Assembly (NCBI GenBank): GCA_043228905.1
Contig: JBHGNT010000016.1
Coordinates: 14,880,001 to 14,944,000 of the forward strand
DNA from: Azolla caroliniana
Taxonomy: Eukaryota; Plantae; Polypodiophyta
Length of the DNA: 64,000 nucleotides
Direction: 5' to 3'
In this document: one piece after another, positions 1 to 9,996 of the stretch
Layout: each line of letters starts with the position of its first letter
Position numbering within the stretch: position 1 is the first letter of the stretch
Translations under genes and position numbers: made by a program
The notes under the pieces: model-generated
Seen by the model: only the letters and a program-made list of their open reading frames with translations
What the model was told of the DNA's origin: nothing
Databases searched by the model: none

Positions 1-268
1 GGTTATTGTTTATTTATTAGGTTCTATTTTATTTTATTACTGTTATTATGATTATTGATATTGTTCATGTAATTTAGTTATAATTAATATTTAATTATTC
101 TTATGGTTTATTTTATTTCACTAATTAAATAAATTAATTGTTTATTTACTTATTTATTTTCTTTACCTTTTATGTATCTATTTATTTTATATTTGTTCAT
201 TTATTTGCTTATTTATTTTTACTATTTTATCTAATATTATTATTATTACTATTTAGTTATTATTATGT
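1..268. repeat. AT-rich low-complexity (TTAT/TTA-like) tract
   Basis: Almost entirely T/A, with degenerate TTAT/TTATT units. Confidence 0.7.
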
Positions 269-276
269 GTTGTCGT

Positions 277-849
277 TGTTGACAGACACAAAGGGTCGAA
301 CGTCTTAATCATTAAGATGTTCTATCAAGAGGATTGTGATTGGAGATGGAATGTTGGGAACTCTGCCTACTGATTTCTCAGAACATTACACATATACTAA
401 TTTACTCTACTTCATTAAAACGATTATGAGATACTATCTTGATCGACTGTTAGTTCTATAAATAATCTACATAATAGAGATAACGATTAAAGCATTCGAC
501 ACAACATATACTCTAACTACGCAAAATTATATTACTGTAACCAAAATAGATTGATGTTGATACAATGCACTCGGTCCTTTTTAATAGTCGACCTGAGAGA
601 CTCTTCCAAAATATACACTTGCCATTCGGCAAGAAACTACAATTACACTAACTGTTCTATTTTCTTAACTATTCTATTGTCCTACTTGGCAAAAATATTA
701 CTTCGGCTACTTCCTTTCACATTAGTCTTTTACGCTCATTGATTTTCGGTGCAACTTCTCAACAAACGACGACTACGTCGCCTTTTATCGTTGTCGATCT
801 TGCACGCCCTCTTGATTTGTAACCCTTGAGCTCTCTCTATATGTCAACA
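277..849 (-). mobile_element. LTR-like segment, probably the 3' LTR of a decayed minus-strand retroelement
   Basis: Bounded by an 8-bp inverted terminus, TGTTGACA (277-284) ... TGTCAACA (842-849). The adjacent 850-871 reads GGAAGATAAAAGGTGGAGGTGT on the minus strand (PPT-like). The flanks (GTCGT / ACACC) do not form a TSD. Confidence 0.45.
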
Positions 850-1925
850 ACACCTCCACCTTTTATCTTCCTCGTCTACTTCCACACCCACCTACCCCAA
901 GGATGGTCAAGTGTAGTTGTCAACTCCTTTATAGACCCTACCTGTCTTGGCATCTCCCATGGTTTGATAGCTAATAGTTTCGAAAATGGTTCACGATGCA
1001 CCCCTGGGACGGCCCCATCACTTCCACAAAGTTGGTTGTGGTCAAATTAATCAAAGGTTCACAACCCTACGCTTCAATTGGCCAATCTTTACAAGCTCAA
1101 GCAATAAAAAACGAACAAAAGTTGGGATGCTCCAAGTAATGTGATGTTACATTCGCACCTACCTTGAGTAAAACAACAACACCTTCCCGATTTGCCAACC
1201 ACATTATCTCTACCTGGCTAGACAGCAAATTCAAGGAGTTCCTCACAAACACCAACCAGATGCAAGATATCTTACTTACCCCCATCAACATCCAACACCT
1301 TTGATCCCACCCATGTCCACAATGTCCTCTCAAACTATTGAACCTCCATTGGTAGCACTATCTAAAGGGTAGTAGATGGCAGTACATTCATGCTCTACAC
1401 TCCAAAGCAACAACTAATATAATGCAAATAACAAGATTTAATCATACATGTAAGCTTTTTGCCATTCACATGTGAGAGAGAGATAGAAATTTTGTAATAG
1501 TTTCAGATGTCAAATATGAGCCACAATACCAAAAATGAAGCATTTTTGAGAATTTTACAAACGAGTGTTGTAATTGACCATGAGATTGTGAATGAGAAAA
1601 AGAGGAAAAAAGATAAATTGGATCATATCAGTCCCCCTAATAACTATTTTCAAGCACACTTTAACACATATTTTCAAAATATAAGAGTTGTTCAATGAGA
1701 AAGCACGCACAAACTCAGGCCGTAAGTAAGTTGTATACAAACGCTTCATGGTCTTCTCTTTATTCAAAACGAGATAACACCTGTAAGCACACCACCGCTT
1801 ACTCTTTTCCCCAATCACCAAGTGAAATGATCATACCCTCATGTAGGGGCAAGGGATTGTTTGTCTCTATCCTTTATTCAATAAACTTAATGTCTATGAC
1901 GGTCCATAACATAAATCAGGCTTTA

Positions 1926-3944
1926 CTATTCCCAAGTCCATCTCGAATAAATCCACCACAACATGTTGGACAAGGAGTTGCCATCATCATGTCCCGATAA
2001 AGCATTCACATTTCTCAAGGCTTCTTCCGGTGCATAGAGTGCTTGCAGAGCATAGACAAAACCTTTCCAACCGTCTCCTACACCAGGCCTACTAAGTGAT
2101 GATTGTACCCACTCAACAAGCTCCTTTGCAAATCCAATATCCTGAAAGAGAATTTCAGTAATGGGAAGGATGGGCAAAACTTGGATGCCAAGCCGTGTTT
2201 CCCTCCACTCCGATGGTGCAAACCAAAGGCCAGTGTCCCTTTTATTAGCCCATAAAACTCCAACCATGCGATGTCTGGACACAAAGTTTCCTTCATAGAG
2301 TGTGCTATCTGATGGTATATGCCAAAGAGCACGAGCAGCTCGAATCTCAAGGGCCGCGAGTGTAAGTCCTGCATTGACTAGGCTACTATCTCCAAAGGCT
2401 AGTCCTAGAAGGGCAGCCGAATAGTAAGCATTCACGGCTTCACTTGTACTCTCTTGGTTTCGTCCATCGACAAATTCAGTTAAACCACCTGCCCATGAAT
2501 GAAGCACCCAAAAGTCAAAATTCCGAAACCTTGGGAAAAGCGCTCGACTTCGAGAAACCATCGTATGATGGTGATGAGTATGTTGACCATGACCATGTAA
2601 ATGTACATGGTGATTGTGATGATGAAAAGTCATGTAATCCTCTACCATTGTATAAAGATGGGCCTTGTATGTCATTCCCCATTTAGGATCTAATTTTGTC
2701 AACACTGCCCCAGCATAGCAGAAATATCCCAAATGGTAATGATGATCGTTGTATAATCCAAAACCAAAGTCTGCCGCACCGTTTCTTGAACCATTCCGGC
2801 TTGTCAATCCACCCCATTTCTCATCATAAAGAAAAGCATTGGCATCAAACCTTCCATCCATCCATGGCGTAAGAGAATCTATAAGAAAATGTCTGATCAT
2901 TTTCAAAAGATCGAGAGCCCCTACCTCCTCGGCTATTAAGGCCATTCTCGCAGCACGGGCTACAGCTTTTCCATAGAAGTAGCTACTGTCGGTAGTTATC
3001 TTTGTCAATTCATGAACCTCCTTCCTAAGGACTTCAGCAACTGTATTCTGGTGTACTTGATCAGATATGCCTTTGGATGAATACCATCCCACAGATATAG
3101 GGATCTCATTCAATACCCAAGAATCACCCACAACCCCATGCATATCGCCATCCATACTCTTGTATGCAAGAGCTCGAAGTGTCTTGTCAGAAGATGGTGA
3201 AGACATAATATCTCTGTGCATGGGAAGGCTAAGCATCAACAGTCCCCCCCAACCAAGTTTCTTCCATTCATAAGTTAACTGAAACGAAGCAGACATAGCC
3301 GCATGTCCCTCGATCGGATAGGCTGAACTGAATCGGTCCAAAATTGCTTCAGATTCAGTATTACTTGGGAGCAATGCCACTCTTATAACCCCTTTGAAAG
3401 CACGGGTCACGTGAAGATTTTGTGACAATGCAAGCAGCTCGGAGCTATAAATAAGCCATGTTTGTCCATTGTTGAACACGAGCCTATGCTTCGTGCAATC
3501 CTCATTTGGCAGAAGCTGCAGCACCGCATGTATGGTGGAGAATTGAGGGATTGAGGAATCGCTGAAAACAAATGTAATATAGGGGCATCCTCTCACCAAG
3601 GGGACAGCCACACCACTTCGGAATTCGAGAGTAACACTGAGATCATCAAAGCGTGACACCAGATGCTTATCACTGCTAGTTCGAACCGTGAGATCGGGGA
3701 CGAAAGCTTGATAAATATAGTTAGGTTCAGCGAACCGAGAGGGGTAACTTATGGAAAGGGCACCATCTTCGGCCTTGATTAGATATGGGTGTATGTACTC
3801 TGGAGCCGATCCTTGGTTCAATATAAAGTTAAGCCAAAAAGCATTTGTTGGTAGCGGATTTTGTCTAAGGGATTGTGCCAAAAGATCAGATGGATCTGGT
3901 GCAGCCGGGTTATCTGTAGTTGGGAAAGGTTGGGGAAGCAACAT
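1926..3944 (-). CDS. Glycoside hydrolase family 81 endo-1,3(4)-beta-glucanase (beta-glucan elicitor-binding protein-like), intronless CDS
   Basis: Long ORF with GH81 motifs PLPTNAFWLNF, HPYLI, YFYGKAVARAAR, DFGFGLYNDHHYHLGYF, HSWAGGL, GRNQESTSEAVNAYY, GIQVLP and DDGNSLSN. The first true ATG is at 3944; the ORF-track start at 3980 is a TTG inside a splice acceptor. Confidence 0.95.
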   Translation of the reverse strand: MLLPQPFPTTDNPAAPDPSDLLAQSLRQNPLPTNAFWLNFILNQGSAPEYIHPYLIKAEDGALSISYPSRFAEPNYIYQAFVPDLTVRTSSDKHLVSRFDDLSVTLEFRSGVAVPLVRGCPYITFVFSDSSIPQFSTIHAVLQLLPNEDCTKHRLVFNNGQTWLIYSSELLALSQNLHVTRAFKGVIRVALLPSNTESEAILDRFSSAYPIEGHAAMSASFQLTYEWKKLGWGGLLMLSLPMHRDIMSSPSSDKTLRALAYKSMDGDMHGVVGDSWVLNEIPISVGWYSSKGISDQVHQNTVAEVLRKEVHELTKITTDSSYFYGKAVARAARMALIAEEVGALDLLKMIRHFLIDSLTPWMDGRFDANAFLYDEKWGGLTSRNGSRNGAADFGFGLYNDHHYHLGYFCYAGAVLTKLDPKWGMTYKAHLYTMVEDYMTFHHHNHHVHLHGHGQHTHHHHTMVSRSRALFPRFRNFDFWVLHSWAGGLTEFVDGRNQESTSEAVNAYYSAALLGLAFGDSSLVNAGLTLAALEIRAARALWHIPSDSTLYEGNFVSRHRMVGVLWANKRDTGLWFAPSEWRETRLGIQVLPILPITEILFQDIGFAKELVEWVQSSLSRPGVGDGWKGFVYALQALYAPEEALRNVNALSGHDDGNSLSNMLWWIYSRWTWE

Positions 3945-3970
3945 TGTTTCACTACTGCTGCAATGTTTGT

Positions 3971-4587
3971 CTGTCAACAAGGAAGATGTAATTAATAAGC
4001 AAAAGTCATAATATATGTAGCATTTTTGGTGAAAATCAAATCAAATTCCAGTTAGATCTTTTTTGTACATCGCTTAGACCAAATACAAAATGGTGTTGGT
4101 TTCAAACATCATCTTAGATTGATTAAAAGAATTCACCTTAGACCAAATAATAATAAAAAGATATGTTATTTTCGAACACCATCACAGATTAAATGAAACA
4201 AGAAGATCATGTTATTTCAGAACATTATCTTAGATCAAGCCGCAAAAAAATACTCGTCTTATTTTCAAGCATCATCTAAGATCGAATAAAACAAATCATG
4301 TTAATTTCAAGCATTATCTTAGGTAAAATCAAAGTAACTATAGAATGGGCAAAAGGAAACCCATTAAATGTGTATATGTATAGCATCCAATCCGTGGAAA
4401 TCATAGGCACTTCACTCAAAACACAAAGCCATTCATTCCCGTTAGACTTAACAGATTGTGACGAAAGGCAGAGAACAAAACAAATGTAGAAAATTGGAAG
4501 AAGAAGAAGAAGAAGAAGAAGGAGAAAAACTATGCCTACTTGCATCAAAACAGACAGAGATGAGAGAGGAGCTAATGGAGAGCTTAC
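3971..4587 (-). other. Probable 5'-UTR intron of the GH81 gene
   Basis: Minus-strand donor AGA|GTAAGC at 4587 and acceptor CTTCCTTGTTGACAG| at 3971, 26 nt upstream of the ATG. The interior is T-rich on the sense strand. Confidence 0.6.
4060..4325. repeat. Degenerate ~40-45 bp tandem repeat (core ..TTTC(A/G)A(A/G)CAT(C/T)ATCTTAGAT..)
   Basis: Recurrent CATCATCTTAGAT / CATTATCTTAG-like cores near 4068, 4107, 4177, 4223, 4270 and 4312. Confidence 0.5.
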
Positions 4588-4660
4588 TCTTGTTTACATG
4601 AGGAAGAAAAGAAAAGCAAGCTTCTGTCCCCGGAGTGGGAAGGATTCAGGAACGTTTTCT

Positions 4661-4690
4661 GAAGAAGAAGAAGAAGAAGAAGAAGAAGAA
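4661..4690. repeat. (GAA)n microsatellite, (TTC)n on the GH81 sense strand; a second tract lies at 4497-4520
   Basis: Direct observation. Confidence 0.9.
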
Positions 4691-4693
4691 TAC

Positions 4694-5380
4694 GTACATG
4701 TATAACAATCTCCCACTAAAAGGCCTAAAGTAGGAGTACAAATAATGAAAGGTTGACCTGTCCAAGACCTAAAGCTAGACCTATACCTCCAACCTGATGG
4801 GCATGTTACAGAATGCACACGACAAGTGTGTGTAACATAAGGCACTAAGTAATTCCCATCAAGTAACAACAATGCTCCAACGCATCTTGTGGTAAGGCCT
4901 TACTTAGTCAATGCATCTACAGTATTTTTGCGAGAAACAACCTTCTCAAGGCTAATACAACCATTAGCTATGCATTCCCCGAATGAAATGGTATCGCACT
5001 CCAATATGTTTGGTCTGCGCATGATATACCGGATTCTTAGCCAAAGCAATGGCACTCTGACTATCACAAAACAGTTTGGGTACATGTTGCAGTATATACC
5101 CATTTCACTAGCTAATTGAGACATCCAAACTGCTTCCTTACATACCTCACTGGTTGCAACATACTCAGCCTCTGTTGTTGACAATGCGACACAATCTTGA
5201 AGACGAGATCTCCAAGCAATAACACCTCCCATAATCTGAAAGATGTACCCTGAAAGAGATTTCCTACTGTCAGCGCATCCGGCTTGATCTGAATCTGTGT
5301 ATCCAATGATAGAGGCATCCCCTTTGCCTAAACAAAGGCACTTATCCTTAGTGCCACTCAGATATCTCAGTATCAACTTG
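4694..5380 (-). mobile_element. Copia element A, 3' fragment: end of RT, RNase H, PPT and a 14-bp stub of the 3' LTR
   Basis: ORF 4900-5376 has ILRYLSGT..GYTDSD..SRKSLSGY..ALSTTEAEYVA. PPT AGTGGGAGAT (minus, ~4708-4717) is followed by TGTTATACATGTAC, identical to the start of the LTR at 33574-33561. Confidence 0.85.
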
Positions 5381-5589
5381 TGTTGAGAATCAAGCTCAAC
5401 TTGGTCTAGTGTGTGAACTCACTTTGAGAATGAATAGACACTCCAAAGGTCAAGAGTCACCATTATGTCACCACTCTGTATTCTAGCATTTAGTATGAGT
5501 CATAGAATCATATTCTATGACACATAACTTATAGCTTTCACATTCCCCGTGCCCCATGAGTCTTGTAGTTAATGAAGAGAGAAGGTGAC

Positions 5590-5597
5590 TATATAAA
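5590..5597 (+). promoter_or_regulatory. TATA box in the U3 of the Copia C 5' LTR
   Basis: TATATAAA about 210 bp into the LTR, upstream of the (CT)n tract. Confidence 0.6.
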
Positions 5598-5690
5598 GCA
5601 CCTCCTCCCACCTTGTATAGTGTTGAGTCTTTCTCCTTTGTTAATATACTTTACCTTGTGTATTCTCTGAGTCTTACTCTCTTACTCCTC

Positions 5691-5745
<55 letters not shown>

Positions 5746-6008
5746 AAAGCTCTCTGTAAGTTCACTCCGGCCATCTTTTTCTACGTTCTATAGCTCGTTG
5801 GAAAGCTCTTTGAGAGAGATTTCTAAAGAATGTTCATTTACTGAATTCCGTTACCGTGGCGAGAAGTTATGAGCATTTTCATCCGCAGCCATCTTTGCCC
5901 CACGGTTCCTCAAACGGAAGGTAGATTTTGAAGCCCTAAATCGAGTGAAAGGTACATTCTCTCTCCTTCCCTCTTTGTCTCTCTTTTCCCGTACGGTTTG
6001 TCCCTACA

Positions 6009-6878
6009 ATGGCAAATACTCGTAAAACCGCCGCAAAGTTTGGGGGTATGATTGATAATGAGCCGAGATCACCAACAAATCTCGATTCTAATGCAATGGA
6101 CAAAATGCTTATGAGTCACTTGATTTCTCTTCAAGAAACCATAAACAAGCAAGGTGAAGAGATTAGGATGTTAATGAAAGAGAATACTAAGCTCCAAAGT
6201 GTTGTCATTGAGAATGAAAGTCTTAAACAAGTGGTTGCAAAACTTCAAGAAGAGATTCAAGAATGTAAAAGAGTTTCTTTTGAAACAAATGAGCGCCTTA
6301 ACAAGATTGAGTTAAAGGAAGCATTAAAAGAAGAAAAATTGGATACGATGAGGCGGGATGTAAGTGAGATGAAAAATGTATGTACAACGAAGTCATGGGC
6401 CGATGTATGTGGTGGGGATGTGTTATCAAACTCATCTAATATGCATGTGATGCATCAAGAGAAGAATATAGAAAGCATAGATGTCCGAGAATTGAAAGAA
6501 CGCGAACGACGATCAAAGAACATTGTCGTCCGTGGGATCAAAGAAGAGAGTATGGAAACACCCGCATCCCTTGGAAAGGCCATTGGTGAATTTTTTAGCA
6601 TGCATTATGGGATGTCAGATGTGAATGTATATGGGGCACACCGAGTTGGGAAACATGGTGTTACTCGCTCCGGAGAAAGGCCTATTGTATGCACAATGAC
6701 AGATGATACAAAGCGGCGGATCATACTCGAAAATAGTTGGGTATACCTCAAAGGTACACAATGCTTTGTGAGTGAAGATCGTACTATCTCACAACAAAAT
6801 GCTCGTCGTAAAGCATATGAAGAAAGATTGAAAAACAAGGTTAAGGATGTGCCTAAAGATGGAAATGTAGGCAAATAG
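6009..6878 (+). CDS. LINE ORF1 protein (coiled coil plus RRM-like NIVVRGIKEE domain)
   Basis: Intact 289-aa ORF with a heptad-rich N-terminal half and ERERRSKNIVVRGIKEE..AHRVGK..RPIVC..VSEDRT. Confidence 0.85.
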   Translation: MANTRKTAAKFGGMIDNEPRSPTNLDSNAMDKMLMSHLISLQETINKQGEEIRMLMKENTKLQSVVIENESLKQVVAKLQEEIQECKRVSFETNERLNKIELKEALKEEKLDTMRRDVSEMKNVCTTKSWADVCGGDVLSNSSNMHVMHQEKNIESIDVRELKERERRSKNIVVRGIKEESMETPASLGKAIGEFFSMHYGMSDVNVYGAHRVGKHGVTRSGERPIVCTMTDDTKRRIILENSWVYLKGTQCFVSEDRTISQQNARRKAYEERLKNKVKDVPKDGNVGK

Positions 6879-6884
6879 GGACAC

Positions 6885-9800
6885 GTGATCTATGAGACTA
6901 ACCCACGCCTTTTACGACTATGCTTTTGGAATTGCAATGGATACCCATGGAATGCGGGATTTGGCATAGAGGAGTTCACCAATGACTCGGATATCACACT
7001 TCTTGTTGAAACATGGGAGCATGATACTCAAAGGATTCAAGGTTTAGGAAACTATAATGTACACTCTTTGATATGGAAGAAAAATCCAAGACAAAGAAGA
7101 GGACAAGGAGGGGTGGCATGTTTGATTAAGAAGGAAATAGAGAAATATGTGTCAATCATAAAAAATGATGAAAATAAATGCTACATATGGCTCAAAATAG
7201 AAACACCTAATGATTTGCCCACTTTTGTTGTTGGATGTTACATTCCTCATCAAGATTCTAACTTTTATGCTTGTTTGGATAAAGATCAACCGTTTGCCAA
7301 TCTAGAAGATGATATTGCTTATTTCAAATCCAAAGGGGAAGTTATTGTCTTTGGTGACATGAATGCTCGTACAAGAAGTTTCCAACTTGATTCACAAGAA
7401 TCTTTCATGCCACATATCTCAAGGATGCAAGAGGATATGCAAATGTATAACCGCTCTTCTCGCGATGAAAAAGATCCGGACCAATTTGGGAAACTACTCC
7501 TACAAATGTGCAATAGTACCGGATTGCTTATTGCAAATGGTATTTCCTTATGGCCCAACACTAATGGTTTTACATGTAGAAAATACAACGGAAATAGTGT
7601 GATTGATTATGTGCTACTTTCCGAAGGTATTTTGGATCGTATACATAAATTCTCACTTGGTGAATGGACACCGGAATCAGATCATAAGCCTTTATGTATT
7701 GATCTCAAATGTATGCATAGGTTTGATTGTGAGAAGGCTATTGAAGATAATAAACAACCGCACTTGAGCATGAACCTTAAGCGAGCACCCATGTATTCCA
7801 AGATGGTTGAGGATATGTTACAAATGACAAAGATACAACATGGTGCCACACTAGAATGCAAATGGGAAGCTTTCAAGAAAGTCATTCTCTCATGTACAAA
7901 CAAATGTTTTTCGACCAACCGCACATCTTGGAAATGCACCAAGAAACTTAGGAAAAAATGGTTTGATAAAGAATGTCGTGAAGCTCGAAAGTGCCTTATG
8001 GTTTTGGATGTAGTTAAGGATAAAGAGAATTACCAAAAGCATTTGCATGAGTATAAAAGGCTTATTCAAAGAAAGAGAAGAATATGGGAAGTTACTCAAC
8101 AATTTATCCAAACGCAAGAGAAAGCACATGCATGTGCTAAATTTTGGGGAAATCTAAAGGGAAAACGTGTTGAGAGTTATGGTGACTTAACTCTTCACGA
8201 CTTGTCTATGCGTTGTAAGAATTTATATGAGTTATCTCTTGCCGGAAAGATGATGTGTTATGGTTCTCTTTCACATATGCCTTCCTTCTTTACAATTGAA
8301 GATATATGCATAGGACTTAAGAAATTGGCCTCTCGAAAGGCAAGCGATCTTCAATGTATAAAGGCTGAAATGCTCAAATGGACGGGAAAGGAAGCACATA
8401 TATGGATAAGCGATATGTTTAATGATGCATTGCAACATGGTATGCCGTACGATTGGACTACAAATTGGATCAAACCTTTACATAAAGGTGGAGATATAAA
8501 TAATGTAAACAATTATCGAACCATCATGGTTGGCTCATTAATGGCAAAACTATTTGGATGTATAATGGAATCAAAGATAAGTGTATGGGCTGAAAAAAGT
8601 GGTAAGAGAGCTTATGGACAAGCTGGCTTTCGGAAACACCATAGCACCATTGATCACCTTATCACCCTTCGAGTATTAATGGAGGAAAGTCGCCTTAGAG
8701 GTAAAGGTTTATATTGTTGCTTTGTAGACTTCAAGAAAGCTTTTGATATGGTACCTCGTGAGCATCTTTGGAGGCGAATGGAAGAACTTGAGGTGCCAAG
8801 TGAATATATGCTTGCAATTTCCCAAATTTATGAGAAGGTTATATGTTGTGTGCGCATGAAAGATAAACTTTCAGATTTTTTCAAAAGCACTATTGGTGTT
8901 AAGCAAGGATGCCCACTCTCACCAACACTATTTGGTCTATGCATTGATGAATTGGAAGAAATGGTTACCAAGTTTGCAAAGGAAGAATGTGTTGAAGAAG
9001 TTGCCATTGGGAATGTTGTGATTATGCTTTTGCTATATGCAGATGACGTAGTGCTTTTTGCAAATACTTTAGGAGATGCACAAAAGCTTATGAAGGCATT
9101 GGAAAAATTTTGCATGCATACTAAATTAAGTGTCAATAGCTCTAAAACAAAGATTATGCTTGTGAAGAGCCAAAAAAGAGATAAACCATGCATTATGTAC
9201 AACAATGAGCCACTTGAATGTGTGGAAAGCTTCAAATATCTTGGCCTTGAAGTTCCTTCAAATCATAGATGGAATGAATGTGCTACACGCCGCTTAGAGG
9301 CGGGCAAACGAGCATACTATGCATTTGAGAACACATGCAATCTTGGAGATATTAAGTGTTGGGTCCTCAAGAAATATCTTTTTGACACTTTGGTGACACC
9401 AGTTCTTCTCTATGGGGTGGAAGTATGGGGCGGTAGCATCCCTAAGTCTATGTGGAAAGAGTTTGAAAATGTCCAAAAGCATTTTCTTACCAAGTTTCTA
9501 CAAGTTAAGAAACAAACGCCCTACACCCTCCTCCTCCTTGAGACGGGATCGCTTCCCATTGAGATCATGGCCATGGAAAGGGTTGTTGAATACATGTTAG
9601 AGCCCATACCGTTATCTGCCATTCGAACCATTGCTTCCATGCGACTTAGCTCACATGCATTGCGATGTGAAACAGGGCGTTGGGGTACAAGTGATGAGAG
9701 TGGTCGGTTATGCACACTTTGCCCTAAACAAGTTCGCGAGTCTGAGTATCACACTTTGATACAATGCTCTGCCTTTGATCATATTCGACCATGCTTTCCA

Positions 9801-9932
9801 CATCTCTTCGATCGAGCCCAATCTTTGCATGAATTCCTCTCACAACCACAATGTGCACTCTCGATTGCAACATTCATTGGTAAAGTTCTTGAACATCGAG
9901 AGTCACTACTCACTTTCACACGTATCACGTGA
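6885..9932 (+). CDS. LINE ORF2: APE endonuclease, reverse transcriptase and C-terminal CCHC; no N-terminal ATG
   Basis: FWNCNG, ETW, GDMNAR, SVIDY and SDH (APE); QAGFR, FVDFKKAFD, GVKQGCPLSPTLF, LLYADD and FKYLG (RT). Confidence 0.9.
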   Translation: MIYETNPRLLRLCFWNCNGYPWNAGFGIEEFTNDSDITLLVETWEHDTQRIQGLGNYNVHSLIWKKNPRQRRGQGGVACLIKKEIEKYVSIIKNDENKCYIWLKIETPNDLPTFVVGCYIPHQDSNFYACLDKDQPFANLEDDIAYFKSKGEVIVFGDMNARTRSFQLDSQESFMPHISRMQEDMQMYNRSSRDEKDPDQFGKLLLQMCNSTGLLIANGISLWPNTNGFTCRKYNGNSVIDYVLLSEGILDRIHKFSLGEWTPESDHKPLCIDLKCMHRFDCEKAIEDNKQPHLSMNLKRAPMYSKMVEDMLQMTKIQHGATLECKWEAFKKVILSCTNKCFSTNRTSWKCTKKLRKKWFDKECREARKCLMVLDVVKDKENYQKHLHEYKRLIQRKRRIWEVTQQFIQTQEKAHACAKFWGNLKGKRVESYGDLTLHDLSMRCKNLYELSLAGKMMCYGSLSHMPSFFTIEDICIGLKKLASRKASDLQCIKAEMLKWTGKEAHIWISDMFNDALQHGMPYDWTTNWIKPLHKGGDINNVNNYRTIMVGSLMAKLFGCIMESKISVWAEKSGKRAYGQAGFRKHHSTIDHLITLRVLMEESRLRGKGLYCCFVDFKKAFDMVPREHLWRRMEELEVPSEYMLAISQIYEKVICCVRMKDKLSDFFKSTIGVKQGCPLSPTLFGLCIDELEEMVTKFAKEECVEEVAIGNVVIMLLLYADDVVLFANTLGDAQKLMKALEKFCMHTKLSVNSSKTKIMLVKSQKRDKPCIMYNNEPLECVESFKYLGLEVPSNHRWNECATRRLEAGKRAYYAFENTCNLGDIKCWVLKKYLFDTLVTPVLLYGVEVWGGSIPKSMWKEFENVQKHFLTKFLQVKKQTPYTLLLLETGSLPIEIMAMERVVEYMLEPIPLSAIRTIASMRLSSHALRCETGRWGTSDESGRLCTLCPKQVRESEYHTLIQCSAFDHIRPCFPHLFDRAQSLHEFLSQPQCALSIATFIGKVLEHRESLLTFTRIT

Positions 9933-9996
9933 AATGTAATATTTTTGGTCTCATAGGTCATATTTGATCTCCGAAGACGATAATATAATCTATCTA

